A DNA stretch of 64,000 nucleotides from an uncultured bacterium (GTDB taxonomy: Bacteria > Fidelibacterota > Marinisomatia > Marinisomatales > JAHJCW01): NCBI GenBank assembly GCA_964634215.1, contig CAZWKR010000007.1, positions 35,244 through 99,243 of the forward strand, given 5' to 3'. The position numbers and the translations under genes were made by a program. Shown here in pieces: positions 1-10,213 of this stretch. Each line of letters begins with the position of its first letter. Position 1 is the stretch's first letter. Under the pieces are notes generated by a model. It was not told the origin of the DNA. It searched no databases and saw only the letters and a program-made list of their open reading frames with translations.

Positions 1-671
1 GCGTATTCAGCAGTTGATCGCATTAATTCCGGTGTAACAGAAAATGGGGAGCAAGGTGCAAGTGCAATACGCAGCATTGAACCATCTGAATCATCATGAT
101 ATTTTGCAATTAATCTTTCGATATCCGCTTGAATTTCAGCTTCAGTTTGGACTACATCATCAGGCGGTAAGCCTCCATTAGATTTACCAAGTGACATTGA
201 ACCACGCGTTGGATGAAATCGGATTCCCATTTCTTTCGCAGCTTCAATTTCCACATCAATTAATTGAGCAGAAGTTTTCTGCGGAAATAAATATAAATGA
301 TCGGAACTTGTTGTTGTTCCGGATTTCATTAGTTCGGCGATAGCAGTCTTTGTACTGAGAGTTACTCCTTCTTCTGTTAATTCTCTCCATAATTCGTAAT
401 GGTTTGTTAACCAACTGAAAAGGGGAGCATTTTGCATCCGGGGAATATTGCGCGTAAGTGTCTGATAAAAATGATGATGTGTATTAATAAATCCCGGTAA
501 CACAACCATATTTGATGCATCGATTACTTCATCAACATCAATGCTAATCTCATCATTTCCAATTGAAATTATCTTATCATTTTCAATTAATATATGACCA
601 CCGGAAAATTCTTTCCGTTCATCATTCATCGTTGCTATTAATAGCGGATTTTTGATAAGAATTTTACTCAT
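1..671 (-). CDS. 8-oxoguanine deaminase-like amidohydrolase (5' part; runs off the window start)
   Basis: Manual translation from ATG at 671: MSKILIKNPLLIATMNDERKEFSGGHILIE...VLPGFINTHHHFYQTLTR...GTTTSSDHLY...RFHPTRGSMSLG...IALAPCSPFSV. The HxH metal motif and the HPTRGSMSLG and APCSPFSV motifs are typical of 8-oxoguanine deaminases. The start overlaps the end of ygfK. Confidence 0.85.
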   Translation of the reverse strand, partial: MSKILIKNPLLIATMNDERKEFSGGHILIENDKIISIGNDEISIDVDEVIDASNMVVLPGFINTHHHFYQTLTRNIPRMQNAPLFSWLTNHYELWRELTEEGVTLSTKTAIAELMKSGTTTSSDHLYLFPQKTSAQLIDVEIEAAKEMGIRFHPTRGSMSLGKSNGGLPPDDVVQTEAEIQADIERLIAKYHDDSDGSMLRIALAPCSPFSVTPELMRSTAEY

Positions 672-3600
672 TAATTACCCCGAACAATGGTTCATCTTTC
701 AGATTCACCAACAAATATCCCATTTGAATTGCATTCTTGCTCGACCAAAGGTAATCATAATCAACTTTAGAATGTACTGCTTGAATTACCATCGAGGTTT
801 TATCAATAATAGCAGAAAGATAATTATTTGAATATAATAGATGGCTATCTTCAATCTTCATAATTTCAATAAAATCATTACTTTTAGAATAGATTTGATT
901 GTCTTTTATTAAGTAACCTTCCAGCTCCTTGGAGAAACTCTCCTCGGTTAAAAATATATGCGGTTTGGTTTTATAAGGTGCACCCTCAGTAGGACAAAAA
1001 GTATCACAATTCCCGCATTCGTTACAAAAATCACCAATGGTAATAATTTGCGTATTTTGCTCAAATAGAATAGGTCCTAAATCAGAAATAACAATATCTC
1101 CATCTGCTTGAGAGACTTTCTGTGTCTGTGCATTCAATGGCTCAGCTTTATATTGATAATTTGCCAAGTTCGGACAAACATAAACACAAACACTACAGAG
1201 TTCATCGCAATAAAGACAGCGATTTGCCTCTTTCACAACTTCATCTTTGGTCATTGTTCGGTGAATCATATCAAAATTCAATTTGTGTTCATCATTGTAT
1301 TTTGGAACGGAGATTCCAAAATCCCGTACAATTGCCTTTCGCTGCAATTCCGGATCAGTTACTGATTTATTTGATTCACTAGAGAACTTGCTATTTATGT
1401 TAACTACTTTGAGTATATTTTTTGCAGCGAATTGTCCATCTCCAACCGCTTCCACAACAGTTGCTGCACCACGTACTGCATCGCCGCCCGCAAACACGTT
1501 AGCGATATTTGTCTCACCTGTTTTCTGATCAATGTCCAATTGTCGATCACCTAGAAAGTCCAATATTACGTCTTGCCCAATTGCAGGAATAATTGAATCC
1601 ACTTCGATATCGAATTCTGAATTAGGTATTGGCACCGGTCGGGCTCGACCGGAATCATCCGGCTTGCCTAATTCCATTTTTTGGCAAGTTATAGAATTCA
1701 CTTTATCATTACCATTAATTACGAGTGGGGAGACTAATTCAATCAGTTTAATTCCCTCATCTAATGCAGCTTGAATTTCAGCATCTTCAGCAGGCATTTC
1801 TTTGCGAGTACGACGATATAAAATTGTCACTTCACCTTTGTTGCCAACTAACCGTTTCGCAGTGCGGACAGCATCCATTGCAGTATTGCCACCTCCAATA
1901 ACGACAACATTGTTACCTAAATTAACGGACTGATTTTGTTTAACTTTAGCAAGGAACTCGATTGGTTCAATTACATTCTCAAAGTCTTCACCATCAATTT
2001 GGAGTTTTTTGTTTTTCTGTGCTCCAACAGCAACATATATACAATTAAATTGCTGACGTAATTGATTGAATTTTGGTGAGTCAATTTTTGAATTATAATG
2101 TATTTTAACTCCTAATTCCAAAATTCGATCAACATCACTTTGAAATGCCTCGTCAGATAATCTGAAATGTGGAATGGCTTCAGAAACCATTCCCCCTGAA
2201 TAACCTTTTGTCTCAAATATTTCTACTTTACATCCGGATAATGCTAAAAAATATGCAGCGGATAAACCAGCCGGACCGCCACCGATAATTGCAATGTTAA
2301 CATTGTTTGACTGCGCGTTTTGTTTAGCAAATTCCTTTGATCCATATTCAGTGGCATATCGCTTAATATCACGTATTAAAAGGGGATTATCATAATTGCT
2401 ACGTGTGCATTTTAAAGCACAAAGCTGATCGCAGACAGCACCGGTTATTCCGGGTAGGGGATTAGTCTGCATGATTACTTCAAACGCTTTGTTGAAATCA
2501 CCCTGAGCGGTATGATATATATATTCAGGAATGTGCTGATCTGTAGCACAATTGCTGATACAAGGTGCTTTAATGCAATCAAATTGGGTTAATTCACGAT
2601 TAGTTTTGATTGACTCAAATCCGGTGAATTGATTTTGATAAGCGGATTTATGTAAAACCTCTTTTGCGTACTTTTGTAGGTTATGTAATCCCGATTGTTT
2701 CACATCGGTATTCCCGCTAATGTTGATAATATATTCGTCAATATTTTTAGCTCCAACGGAATTGAATTCTGTATGGATATTGTCTAGATATTGTTTTAAC
2801 CGACCATATCCTCCCGGTTTCAGGACATCGGTACAAGTGGTTACCGGTTTGATATTGCATGCCAAGATATTTGTTATGTTGAATGCATCAGCACCGGCTG
2901 AAAAAGAAATATCCAATTCACCTTTAAATTCATTTTGCAATTTTGCAGCAAGATTTACACTTATCGGGTGTAAAGCACGACCGCTCATATAATTTGTAGC
3001 TTCCTGTTTTGGAAGAGTTTGTCGAGTGTTAAGAACCTCTAAAGTGTTGGTTAACTTAAGTCCAAGTTCAACTTTATTATGCTCAGCGGAGTTTTGTAGA
3101 TTTTTAATTAGAGAAATTGCATCATCATATTTTAAATCATGTTCAAATGCTTCGTCCGGTGCTGTTATTTCATCAAATTTTAGATCTTTATTGAGAATTT
3201 GGCGTAGCTTATCTGGTCCTAGCAAAGTTGGGTTTAATTTGATAGCAGTATGCAATTTTCGCTCTTCAATCAAATATTTACCAATCTTTTCAATCTCGTC
3301 CGGTGGACAACCGTGCATTGTAGAAAGTGTAATATTATCAGATAATTGCGATGGAATTATTATATTTTTTATATTTGGATAAATGCTAGAAATACTATCT
3401 AACTTTTGATTCAATATAGAATCACAATTATTCATCAATTTAAAATATTCTTGAACGTTGTCATTCAATATCCCTTTCAAATCATATCCAACGCTCATAT
3501 TGAAGATGAATCCTGCAGGTTCAGATTCCCTCCAACCCAATTTATCTTTTAGAATATGGATTATTATCCAAGCGTTCAAATATTCATCAAATGATTGACG

Positions 3601-3948
3601 AATTTTTAATTCCTGTGACCATTCGCAATTATAGCCCTCATCAGTCATATCTATGCAGGGCTTGGTAACTTCAATTTCGTCTAAAGTTTGAACGGTTTTT
3701 AATTCTAAATAGCGTGCTCCAAACAGCCATGCAAGTATAATATTATGAGCCAGTTGTGTATGTGGTCCTGCTGCTACACCGATTGGAGTTTCCAATATTT
3801 GACCATATCTCTTCATCCGAAATGGATCATCTGTTTTCGGGATAAAGAATAGTTCCTTATAATATCCAAATATTTTACCGTGTTGTTCTTCTCGAAGTAT
3901 CCACGATAACAATTTATTTAATGATAGGGGATAGAGTTTGTCTGACAT
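664..3948 (-). CDS. ygfK: YgfK-family Fe-S flavoprotein oxidoreductase (annotated as putative selenate reductase subunit)
   Basis: Motifs GVAAGPHTQLA, ELKTVQ..D, KPCID..DEGYNCEWSQEL and STMHGCPPDEIEKI; GltD-like FAD/NAD domain (GGGPAG, GGGNTAMD); C-terminal 4Fe-4S motifs (CLYCDELCSVCVYVCPN, CNECGNCDTFCP). Confidence 0.92.
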   Translation of the reverse strand: MSDKLYPLSLNKLLSWILREEQHGKIFGYYKELFFIPKTDDPFRMKRYGQILETPIGVAAGPHTQLAHNIILAWLFGARYLELKTVQTLDEIEVTKPCIDMTDEGYNCEWSQELKIRQSFDEYLNAWIIIHILKDKLGWRESEPAGFIFNMSVGYDLKGILNDNVQEYFKLMNNCDSILNQKLDSISSIYPNIKNIIIPSQLSDNITLSTMHGCPPDEIEKIGKYLIEERKLHTAIKLNPTLLGPDKLRQILNKDLKFDEITAPDEAFEHDLKYDDAISLIKNLQNSAEHNKVELGLKLTNTLEVLNTRQTLPKQEATNYMSGRALHPISVNLAAKLQNEFKGELDISFSAGADAFNITNILACNIKPVTTCTDVLKPGGYGRLKQYLDNIHTEFNSVGAKNIDEYIINISGNTDVKQSGLHNLQKYAKEVLHKSAYQNQFTGFESIKTNRELTQFDCIKAPCISNCATDQHIPEYIYHTAQGDFNKAFEVIMQTNPLPGITGAVCDQLCALKCTRSNYDNPLLIRDIKRYATEYGSKEFAKQNAQSNNVNIAIIGGGPAGLSAAYFLALSGCKVEIFETKGYSGGMVSEAIPHFRLSDEAFQSDVDRILELGVKIHYNSKIDSPKFNQLRQQFNCIYVAVGAQKNKKLQIDGEDFENVIEPIEFLAKVKQNQSVNLGNNVVVIGGGNTAMDAVRTAKRLVGNKGEVTILYRRTRKEMPAEDAEIQAALDEGIKLIELVSPLVINGNDKVNSITCQKMELGKPDDSGRARPVPIPNSEFDIEVDSIIPAIGQDVILDFLGDRQLDIDQKTGETNIANVFAGGDAVRGAATVVEAVGDGQFAAKNILKVVNINSKFSSESNKSVTDPELQRKAIVRDFGISVPKYNDEHKLNFDMIHRTMTKDEVVKEANRCLYCDELCSVCVYVCPNLANYQYKAEPLNAQTQKVSQADGDIVISDLGPILFEQNTQIITIGDFCNECGNCDTFCPTEGAPYKTKPHIFLTEESFSKELEGYLIKDNQIYSKSNDFIEIMKIEDSHLLYSNNYLSAIIDKTSMVIQAVHSKVDYDYLWSSKNAIQMGYLLVNLKDEPLFGVINE

Positions 3949-4733
3949 TACTTTATAATTTTAGATAATTCAAATTTTAGCATATTTTCTAGAACTTTCC
4001 TTCTATAGAGTCCAGTTGCACGAATATCATCAATAGGGGAAATTCCCTCATTAATTTTTGTTATTATTTGTTCAATAGAGAGCTTGATCAATCCCTCAAA
4101 TTTTAAAATGGTTGGGGCAACTGCTCCAACTGCAATTGTCAATACGTTCTCGGTATATACAATTGCGAAATTAATCACTGAAATTGCCATTGCTTCCCGC
4201 AAACCAAGTTTATAAAATATTGATTCTGAAGAAGATAGCGGTATAACAACCGATTGTAATACTTCACCGTTTTCGATTGCAGTTTGTCCGGGACCAAGAA
4301 TGAAATCGTCGATAGAAATAGTTCTATCTCCATTTTTACTACAAAGTAATAATTTTGCTCCAAATGCATACAATGACGGCAGAGTATCTCCTGCGGGAGA
4401 GGCATTGCATATGTTTCCGCCAATTGTTGCACGATTACGGATTTGTACACTACCGAATTCGGTAGTCGCTAGCCAAAGTGCATTGAAATGTTTTTTTATC
4501 AAATCATTATTTTTGATTTCTTCAATTGTTGTTCCAGCGCCAATTTCAACATTATTACCGACCTTTTTAATTCCAATAAATTTGGGAAGTATTTTAAGAT
4601 CAATAATATTGTTTGGTAATAATTGCCCGCGTTCATAGCGCGGAATCAGATCTGTACCACCGGCAAATAATGTGGAATCCTGTTCGAATATCAAATAATA
4701 TTCATCAATTGTTTTTGGTCTAAAATATTTCAT
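3948..4733 (-). CDS. Xanthine dehydrogenase-family FAD-binding subunit (CoxM/YgfM-like)
   Basis: AGGTDL, QIRNRATIGGNICNASPAGD and SPIDDIRA motifs. Confidence 0.9.
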   Translation of the reverse strand: MKYFRPKTIDEYYLIFEQDSTLFAGGTDLIPRYERGQLLPNNIIDLKILPKFIGIKKVGNNVEIGAGTTIEEIKNNDLIKKHFNALWLATTEFGSVQIRNRATIGGNICNASPAGDTLPSLYAFGAKLLLCSKNGDRTISIDDFILGPGQTAIENGEVLQSVVIPLSSSESIFYKLGLREAMAISVINFAIVYTENVLTIAVGAVAPTILKFEGLIKLSIEQIITKINEGISPIDDIRATGLYRRKVLENMLKFELSKIIK

Positions 4734-5215
4734 TTGTTTTTAACTGTTGCCGAAACTGCATCAATAATTTTTGTATATCCGGTACAGCGACAAATATTCC
4801 CGGAAATCCCCTCTTTTATTTCTTCTTCAGTTGCATTTTTATTATCTTTTAATAATTGCTCACCTGCTAAGATCATTCCCGGTATACAATATCCGCACTG
4901 AACAGAATGATGGTCAACAAATGCCTGTTGTAAATCCGAAAGTTCATTTTCCTTTCCAATTCCCTCAATAGTGGTTATCTCCGAGCCTTGTGCCTCAACT
5001 GCTAGAACTAAACAGGAATTAACAATTTTCCCATTCATAATTACTGTACATGCACCACATTCACCCTCTGCACAGACTTCCTTAGCACCTGTTAAGTTTA
5101 GTTCATTTCGTAAAAAATCTAGAAGTCGAAGATGAGTAGGGATGGATTTAGTAACAGTTTTAGTATTTACCGTTAATTCAATATCTTGGATCGTTGGATT
5201 ATCAGTAAATAACAT
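4730..5215 (-). CDS. Xanthine dehydrogenase-family 2x[2Fe-2S] subunit (CoxS-like)
   Basis: CAEGECGAC...NSC, QCGYCIPG and GNICRCTGY motifs. Confidence 0.93.
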   Translation of the reverse strand: MLFTDNPTIQDIELTVNTKTVTKSIPTHLRLLDFLRNELNLTGAKEVCAEGECGACTVIMNGKIVNSCLVLAVEAQGSEITTIEGIGKENELSDLQQAFVDHHSVQCGYCIPGMILAGEQLLKDNKNATEEEIKEGISGNICRCTGYTKIIDAVSATVKNK

Positions 5216-5223
5216 ATTAATTT

Positions 5224-6471
5224 TTATTTGGTTTTATTGTAGAATGTTAAAAATCCTTCCAAAGTCGCAGGTTGAGCTTTCGGGATATTAATCTTTTCTT
5301 GGGCTGCAGGAATGTCTTTTAAACCGGTACCGGACGCTAGAATCACAATTGAATCACCTTCGTGTATCGTTCCGCGTTTCATTGCTTTTAGAAATCCCGC
5401 AAATGCTGCTGAGGCAGCCGGTTCGGCAAATACTCCCGTATTGCGAGCTAGGCGATTTTGTGCTACAAGAATTTCATCATCTGATACAGTAATGCCAAAT
5501 CCTTTGGTCTTTTTTACTGCTAAAATTGCTTTTTCACCGTCTCTTGGGAGATCGACTGATATACTATCAGCAATTGTGTCGGATTGGACAGCAACCATCG
5601 GTTTGTTAGAATTTAAAGCATTTACGATTGCAGGAGAACCTTCCGCTTGTACAGCTATCAATTGCGGCAATTTAGAGATCCAACCTAATCGTACTAGATC
5701 TAAAAACGCCTTATAAATACCGGCGATTATGCAACCATCGCCCGTAGGGACGAAAATTTTATTTGGTACTTGCCATTTCAACTGTTCAGCAATTTCTAAA
5801 CCAACTGTCTTTTTACCCTCAGCCAATACAGGATTTATTCCGGTGCTTCTTGAATACCAATCGTTTGCTTCAGCAACGAGCATAGATAGATCGAATGCAT
5901 CATCATATGTGCCATCAACCATATATAACACAGCACCATATTGTAGGATTTGTGTGAGTTTAGCGGGTGGGGCAGAAGCAGGTGCCAAGATAACAGCCTT
6001 TTTCTCATAATATGCTGCCAAAGCAGCTAATGATGCAGCAGCATTACCCGTGGAGGCGGCAACGATAGTATCTTTACCTAGTTCATTGGCATGGCGAATA
6101 CCAACTTCTGTTGCACGATCTTTAAGAGAACCGGATGGATTGCGGGTATCGTCCTTAATATATAAATTTATTTTGCCGGCATCGGTTCGTAAGTTGGGGA
6201 ACGTAATTAACGGAGTTCCACCGCTTCGCATTGATAAGTTATCTGGTGGGTTTTCAACAGGTAATAGCGGATGATAGCGCCACAAAGATTGATAAGGAAA
6301 TTGTTTGAGATCCTCGACAGACCAAATCTCCTTGATTAGTTCGTAGTTGTATTGAACATCAAGATTACTTTTACAAGTTGTGCATTGGTATTGGAACGGT
6401 TTTACAGGATATTCTTTGCTACATCCTACACATTTGTATCCTAGAATTCGATCTGTATTTTCTTTGTTCAT
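5224..6471 (-). CDS. Threonine synthase-like fold-type II PLP enzyme
   Basis: N-terminal CxxC..CxxC, NPSGSLKDR PLP lysine, ASTGN, EGKKT, EPASAA and SGTGLKD motifs. The cluster context suggests the substrate may not be phosphohomoserine. Confidence 0.8.
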   Translation of the reverse strand: MNKENTDRILGYKCVGCSKEYPVKPFQYQCTTCKSNLDVQYNYELIKEIWSVEDLKQFPYQSLWRYHPLLPVENPPDNLSMRSGGTPLITFPNLRTDAGKINLYIKDDTRNPSGSLKDRATEVGIRHANELGKDTIVAASTGNAAASLAALAAYYEKKAVILAPASAPPAKLTQILQYGAVLYMVDGTYDDAFDLSMLVAEANDWYSRSTGINPVLAEGKKTVGLEIAEQLKWQVPNKIFVPTGDGCIIAGIYKAFLDLVRLGWISKLPQLIAVQAEGSPAIVNALNSNKPMVAVQSDTIADSISVDLPRDGEKAILAVKKTKGFGITVSDDEILVAQNRLARNTGVFAEPAASAAFAGFLKAMKRGTIHEGDSIVILASGTGLKDIPAAQEKINIPKAQPATLEGFLTFYNKTK

Positions 6472-6494
6472 TTGAAATATCTCTCAATAGGAAT

Positions 6495-7949
6495 TTAAAT
6501 CAATCCTGTTTTTTTATTGAATTCAATAATTTTTTTATCCCATTCATCAACTTTGGCATATTGTGATGACCAATAATTATCATCATACCATTGTGCATTC
6601 AATTCTTCGACTGTTTTACCTTGCTGTTCAATCCAAGTGAAATATTTCAAGTTGTGCATTCGTTTACGGTCGTAGTACGATGTCTCCAATAGATTATCCG
6701 TGTTTATCTCAAGTAATCTTCCATAATAATCTATTGCAGCATTAGTTGCAGTATATTTGCCGATATTATTATTTGCTTCAGCTAATCGTGATTGATACAT
6801 TTCCATAGAATCGGTAGCAACAGTAACAACAACATCATCTTCATTCATTTCATAATATTTTGCCATTTTTATAGCGCCAATAATATTTGCGATTGAAGAA
6901 ATACCAAAATTATCTAACATACTAATAGTATCTTTAGAAACTCCATTTTCAGATAGTAGTTGATGACCTTCATCTTCGTTAAATAATCTAAGGAGATTCA
7001 TTACTCTATTATCATCAATTGCCGCGACAACATCAGTATTCCTCATATTGTGAATCCATGGAACGTGTTTATCGCCGATCCCTTCAATGCGGTGGGCACC
7101 ATATCCATTATGCAACAGGGTAGGGCATTGCAATGCTTCTCCAGCACCAACCTTTATTGTTGGATACTGTGTTTTTAAATAATCTCCTGAGCCAAGTGTA
7201 CCGGCTGAACCTTGTGTTAGAAATAAAGCACGTAATTTATGTTTATCATCAAATTTAGATTTAAAAACTTCCTGCATTGCTGGACCGGTTACTGCATAAT
7301 GCCAAAGTGAATTACCTATTTCTTCAAATTGATTTAATATAACAATCTCATCACCACGTTCGGCTTTCAACTCCTTTACTTTATCATAAATTTCTTTTAC
7401 GTTACTTTCTCCTCCAGGGGTACTGATTACTTCAGCACCAACTTTATGTAGCCAATCAAATCGTTCTTGCGACATTTCTTCCGGTAAAACCGCAATTGAT
7501 GGGCAACCTAATAAAGAACCGTCGTATGCGCCACCGCGACAGTAATTTCCAGTTGAAGGCCATAGTGCTTTTTGAGTTGTGGGATCAAATTTTCCGGTAA
7601 TCAATTTTTCGACAAGTGGACCAAATGTAGCACCAACTTTATGTGCACCCGTTGGAAAATACTTTCCAATTAAAACAATAATTTTTGCATCTACTCCTGT
7701 AAGTGATTTTGGTAATATTACATGGTTTACTTCACCATATCCACCGCCGGATTTTACCGGTTCATTTTTCCATGTTATCCTAAATAAATTAAGGGGATTT
7801 AAATCCCATAAACCAATTGAATCCAATTCGTTTTTAATATTAGTTGGTACTAACTCCGGATTCCGCATTTGTGCATAAGTTGGAATAATCATATTGTTAT
7901 CCCGACAGCGCTGTATAGTATTTTCTAAAACTTTTTCTGTATTTCTCAT
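6495..7949 (-). CDS. Fold-type II PLP-dependent enzyme ('PLP-dependent protein subunit beta' type)
   Basis: FPTGAHKVGA (PLP Lys), WPSTGNYCRGG, GSAGT and HRIEGIGDKHVPWIHN motifs. Confidence 0.8.
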   Translation of the reverse strand: MRNTEKVLENTIQRCRDNNMIIPTYAQMRNPELVPTNIKNELDSIGLWDLNPLNLFRITWKNEPVKSGGGYGEVNHVILPKSLTGVDAKIIVLIGKYFPTGAHKVGATFGPLVEKLITGKFDPTTQKALWPSTGNYCRGGAYDGSLLGCPSIAVLPEEMSQERFDWLHKVGAEVISTPGGESNVKEIYDKVKELKAERGDEIVILNQFEEIGNSLWHYAVTGPAMQEVFKSKFDDKHKLRALFLTQGSAGTLGSGDYLKTQYPTIKVGAGEALQCPTLLHNGYGAHRIEGIGDKHVPWIHNMRNTDVVAAIDDNRVMNLLRLFNEDEGHQLLSENGVSKDTISMLDNFGISSIANIIGAIKMAKYYEMNEDDVVVTVATDSMEMYQSRLAEANNNIGKYTATNAAIDYYGRLLEINTDNLLETSYYDRKRMHNLKYFTWIEQQGKTVEELNAQWYDDNYWSSQYAKVDEWDKKIIEFNKKTGLI

Positions 7950-7955
7950 TAAAAA

Positions 7956-8948
7956 TTATCCTGTATAATTCGATTTCATAGTTAATGCCATCACTGCTTT
8001 TGAGGTATGTAAGCGGTTTTCCGCTTCATCATAGATTACCGATTTTGGTCCGTCAATTACTGAATCCTCAACTTCGTTGCCACGGTCAGCAGGTAAGGCG
8101 TGCATATAAATTGCGTTGCCATTTGTGAGCGCCATTCTTTCCTCTGTACAGTTCCAATGACGGTTTGCATCTAATAAATCTCCACCGGTTGCTTCATCAG
8201 GATTGGTTACCCAATCACCCCAATTCTTAGGAATTACGATATCCGCATCGCGATAAGCGGCATCCTGATCATTAGTAACGGTGAATGCACCGCCATTCTC
8301 TTCTGCACTTTTTTTCGCTTTAGTAATAACCCAGTCCGGCAATTCATATCCTGGTGGATGTGCTAAGGTTACATCCATCCCATAGCGCGGGAACAATAAT
8401 GCTTGAGATAGTGGAACTGAAATTGGTTTCTTATGGCTAGTTGCGTATGCCCAAATGATAGATATTTTCTTGCGCTTTACATCATCAAATTGCTCTTTTA
8501 TTGTGAGTAAGTCAGCGATTGCCTGTAGCGGATGATAAAGATCACATTGCATATTGATGATAGGGGCTGTTGACCATTTTGCCATATCATTCAAGTACTT
8601 GTTACCGATATCCCAAAAACAGTTACGGCAGGCAATAGCATGACCATAACGTGATAAAATGATGGCAGTATCTTTTGCAACTTCACCATGTGAAATTTGC
8701 ATTGTACTTGTATCAAGGAAATGGGCATGTCCACCAAGTTGAGTGATACCAGCTTCCATTGAATTGCGAGTACGTGTGGACTGTTCAAAGAACATCAAAA
8801 ATGCAGTTTGATTTTTTACGTAATCATTAATAATGCCATCTTTAAATTTATTTTTTAAATCCGTAGAAACTGATAATAATGTGTCAATTTCGTCTTTTGT
8901 CCAATCTTGTAAAGTAATAAAGTGCTTTCCAGTAAATTCTTCGTACAT
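7956..8948 (-). CDS. Carbamoyltransferase, OTC/YgeW-like
   Basis: STRTRNS carbamoyl-phosphate motif, HPLQ, WAYATSHKKPISVP (YgeW-like WAY..S..KP.SVP), HALPADRG and DEAENR. Confidence 0.85.
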   Translation of the reverse strand: MYEEFTGKHFITLQDWTKDEIDTLLSVSTDLKNKFKDGIINDYVKNQTAFLMFFEQSTRTRNSMEAGITQLGGHAHFLDTSTMQISHGEVAKDTAIILSRYGHAIACRNCFWDIGNKYLNDMAKWSTAPIINMQCDLYHPLQAIADLLTIKEQFDDVKRKKISIIWAYATSHKKPISVPLSQALLFPRYGMDVTLAHPPGYELPDWVITKAKKSAEENGGAFTVTNDQDAAYRDADIVIPKNWGDWVTNPDEATGGDLLDANRHWNCTEERMALTNGNAIYMHALPADRGNEVEDSVIDGPKSVIYDEAENRLHTSKAVMALTMKSNYTG

Positions 8949-10204
8949 TATTCTTCCTCTATTTTTGCTGTGTTATCCGTAGTTGAAGGCATTTTATCTG
9001 CATATTTTTCGATATAAATATTGGGGATTGCTGCGTACATTGCTGCTGCCTTTACAAGTTCACTTTTCCATGTGCGTTCGTTTGGTGCATGTGCTTGGTC
9101 TTCATGCCCAGGTCCAAAGCCGATACAAGGTATTCCGTGCATTCCCATAATTGATACGCCATTAGTTGAGAATGTCCATTTATCAACAATCGGTTCATCG
9201 TTAAATAATTTCTGATACGATTCTACTGCTGCTTCTGTAACAGGATGGTTTTCCTCAATTAGCCAAGTAGGGAAATAATTATCTGCTTGGCAGTGATAGT
9301 CTCTGTATGAAAGTTTATCATATTTATACAATTCAACTGTGGCATTAGCTTTCTTTACTGCATCCAAAGATGTGATTTCGACTATTGCCGATTCAACCGT
9401 TTCACCAAAAGTTAGACGCCTATCAATCGAAATTGAGCACCCATCGGCAACAGCACAACGCGATGGTGATTCTGAGAAAATTTCAGAGATAGTTAGCGAA
9501 CCTTTACCAAGGAAATCATGGTCTTTCAATCGATTGTTGAGTTGTTCCAACTCTGCGATGATTGGTGCCATCTTATAAATTGCGTTATCACCACGCTCAG
9601 GTGCTGAGCCGTGTGCGCTAACTCCGGTTGTACTGACTTTTATTTCCATACGTCCACGATGACCACGGTAAATCCGGCAAGAAGTAGGTTCGGTAATAAC
9701 AACGAAGTCAGGAAGTAAATCGGTTTCTTTCAAGATATTTGTCCAGCATAATCCATCGCAATCTTCTTCCATGATTGTTGCTGTAACTACCAAAGTATAA
9801 TCATTTTCTAATCCAAGATCTTTGATAATTTTTCCTGCGTAGACTGCAGATGCAATTCCACCTTCCTGATCAGATGCACCGCGTCCAAAAATTAATTCAT
9901 CATCTTCGTAACCTGTAAGTGGGTCATGTGTCCACTGATGGAGATCTCCGAGACCAACTGTATCAATATGCCCATCAATAGCAATGACGTGCTTTCCTTT
10001 TCCAATAAACCCCATTATATTTCCCATCGGATCAATTTCTGTTCGGTCAAATCCCACTTTTTCCATTTCTTTCTTGATACGTAGTATAACAGCTTCTTCA
10101 TGTCCGCTCTCACTTGGGATAGCGATCATATCGCGTAAAAATACAAAAATATCTTTACTATATAATTCAGCTCTCTTTAAAATTTGTTCATAATCAATAT
10201 TCAT
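8948..10204 (-). CDS. ygeY: YgeY-family M20 hydrolase (selenium-metabolism-linked)
   Basis: [46 protein letters not shown] and QAHAPNE motifs. Confidence 0.9.
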   Translation of the reverse strand: MNIDYEQILKRAELYSKDIFVFLRDMIAIPSESGHEEAVILRIKKEMEKVGFDRTEIDPMGNIMGFIGKGKHVIAIDGHIDTVGLGDLHQWTHDPLTGYEDDELIFGRGASDQEGGIASAVYAGKIIKDLGLENDYTLVVTATIMEEDCDGLCWTNILKETDLLPDFVVITEPTSCRIYRGHRGRMEIKVSTTGVSAHGSAPERGDNAIYKMAPIIAELEQLNNRLKDHDFLGKGSLTISEIFSESPSRCAVADGCSISIDRRLTFGETVESAIVEITSLDAVKKANATVELYKYDKLSYRDYHCQADNYFPTWLIEENHPVTEAAVESYQKLFNDEPIVDKWTFSTNGVSIMGMHGIPCIGFGPGHEDQAHAPNERTWKSELVKAAAMYAAIPNIYIEKYADKMPSTTDNTAKIEEE

Positions 10205-10213
10205 CTAATTCCT

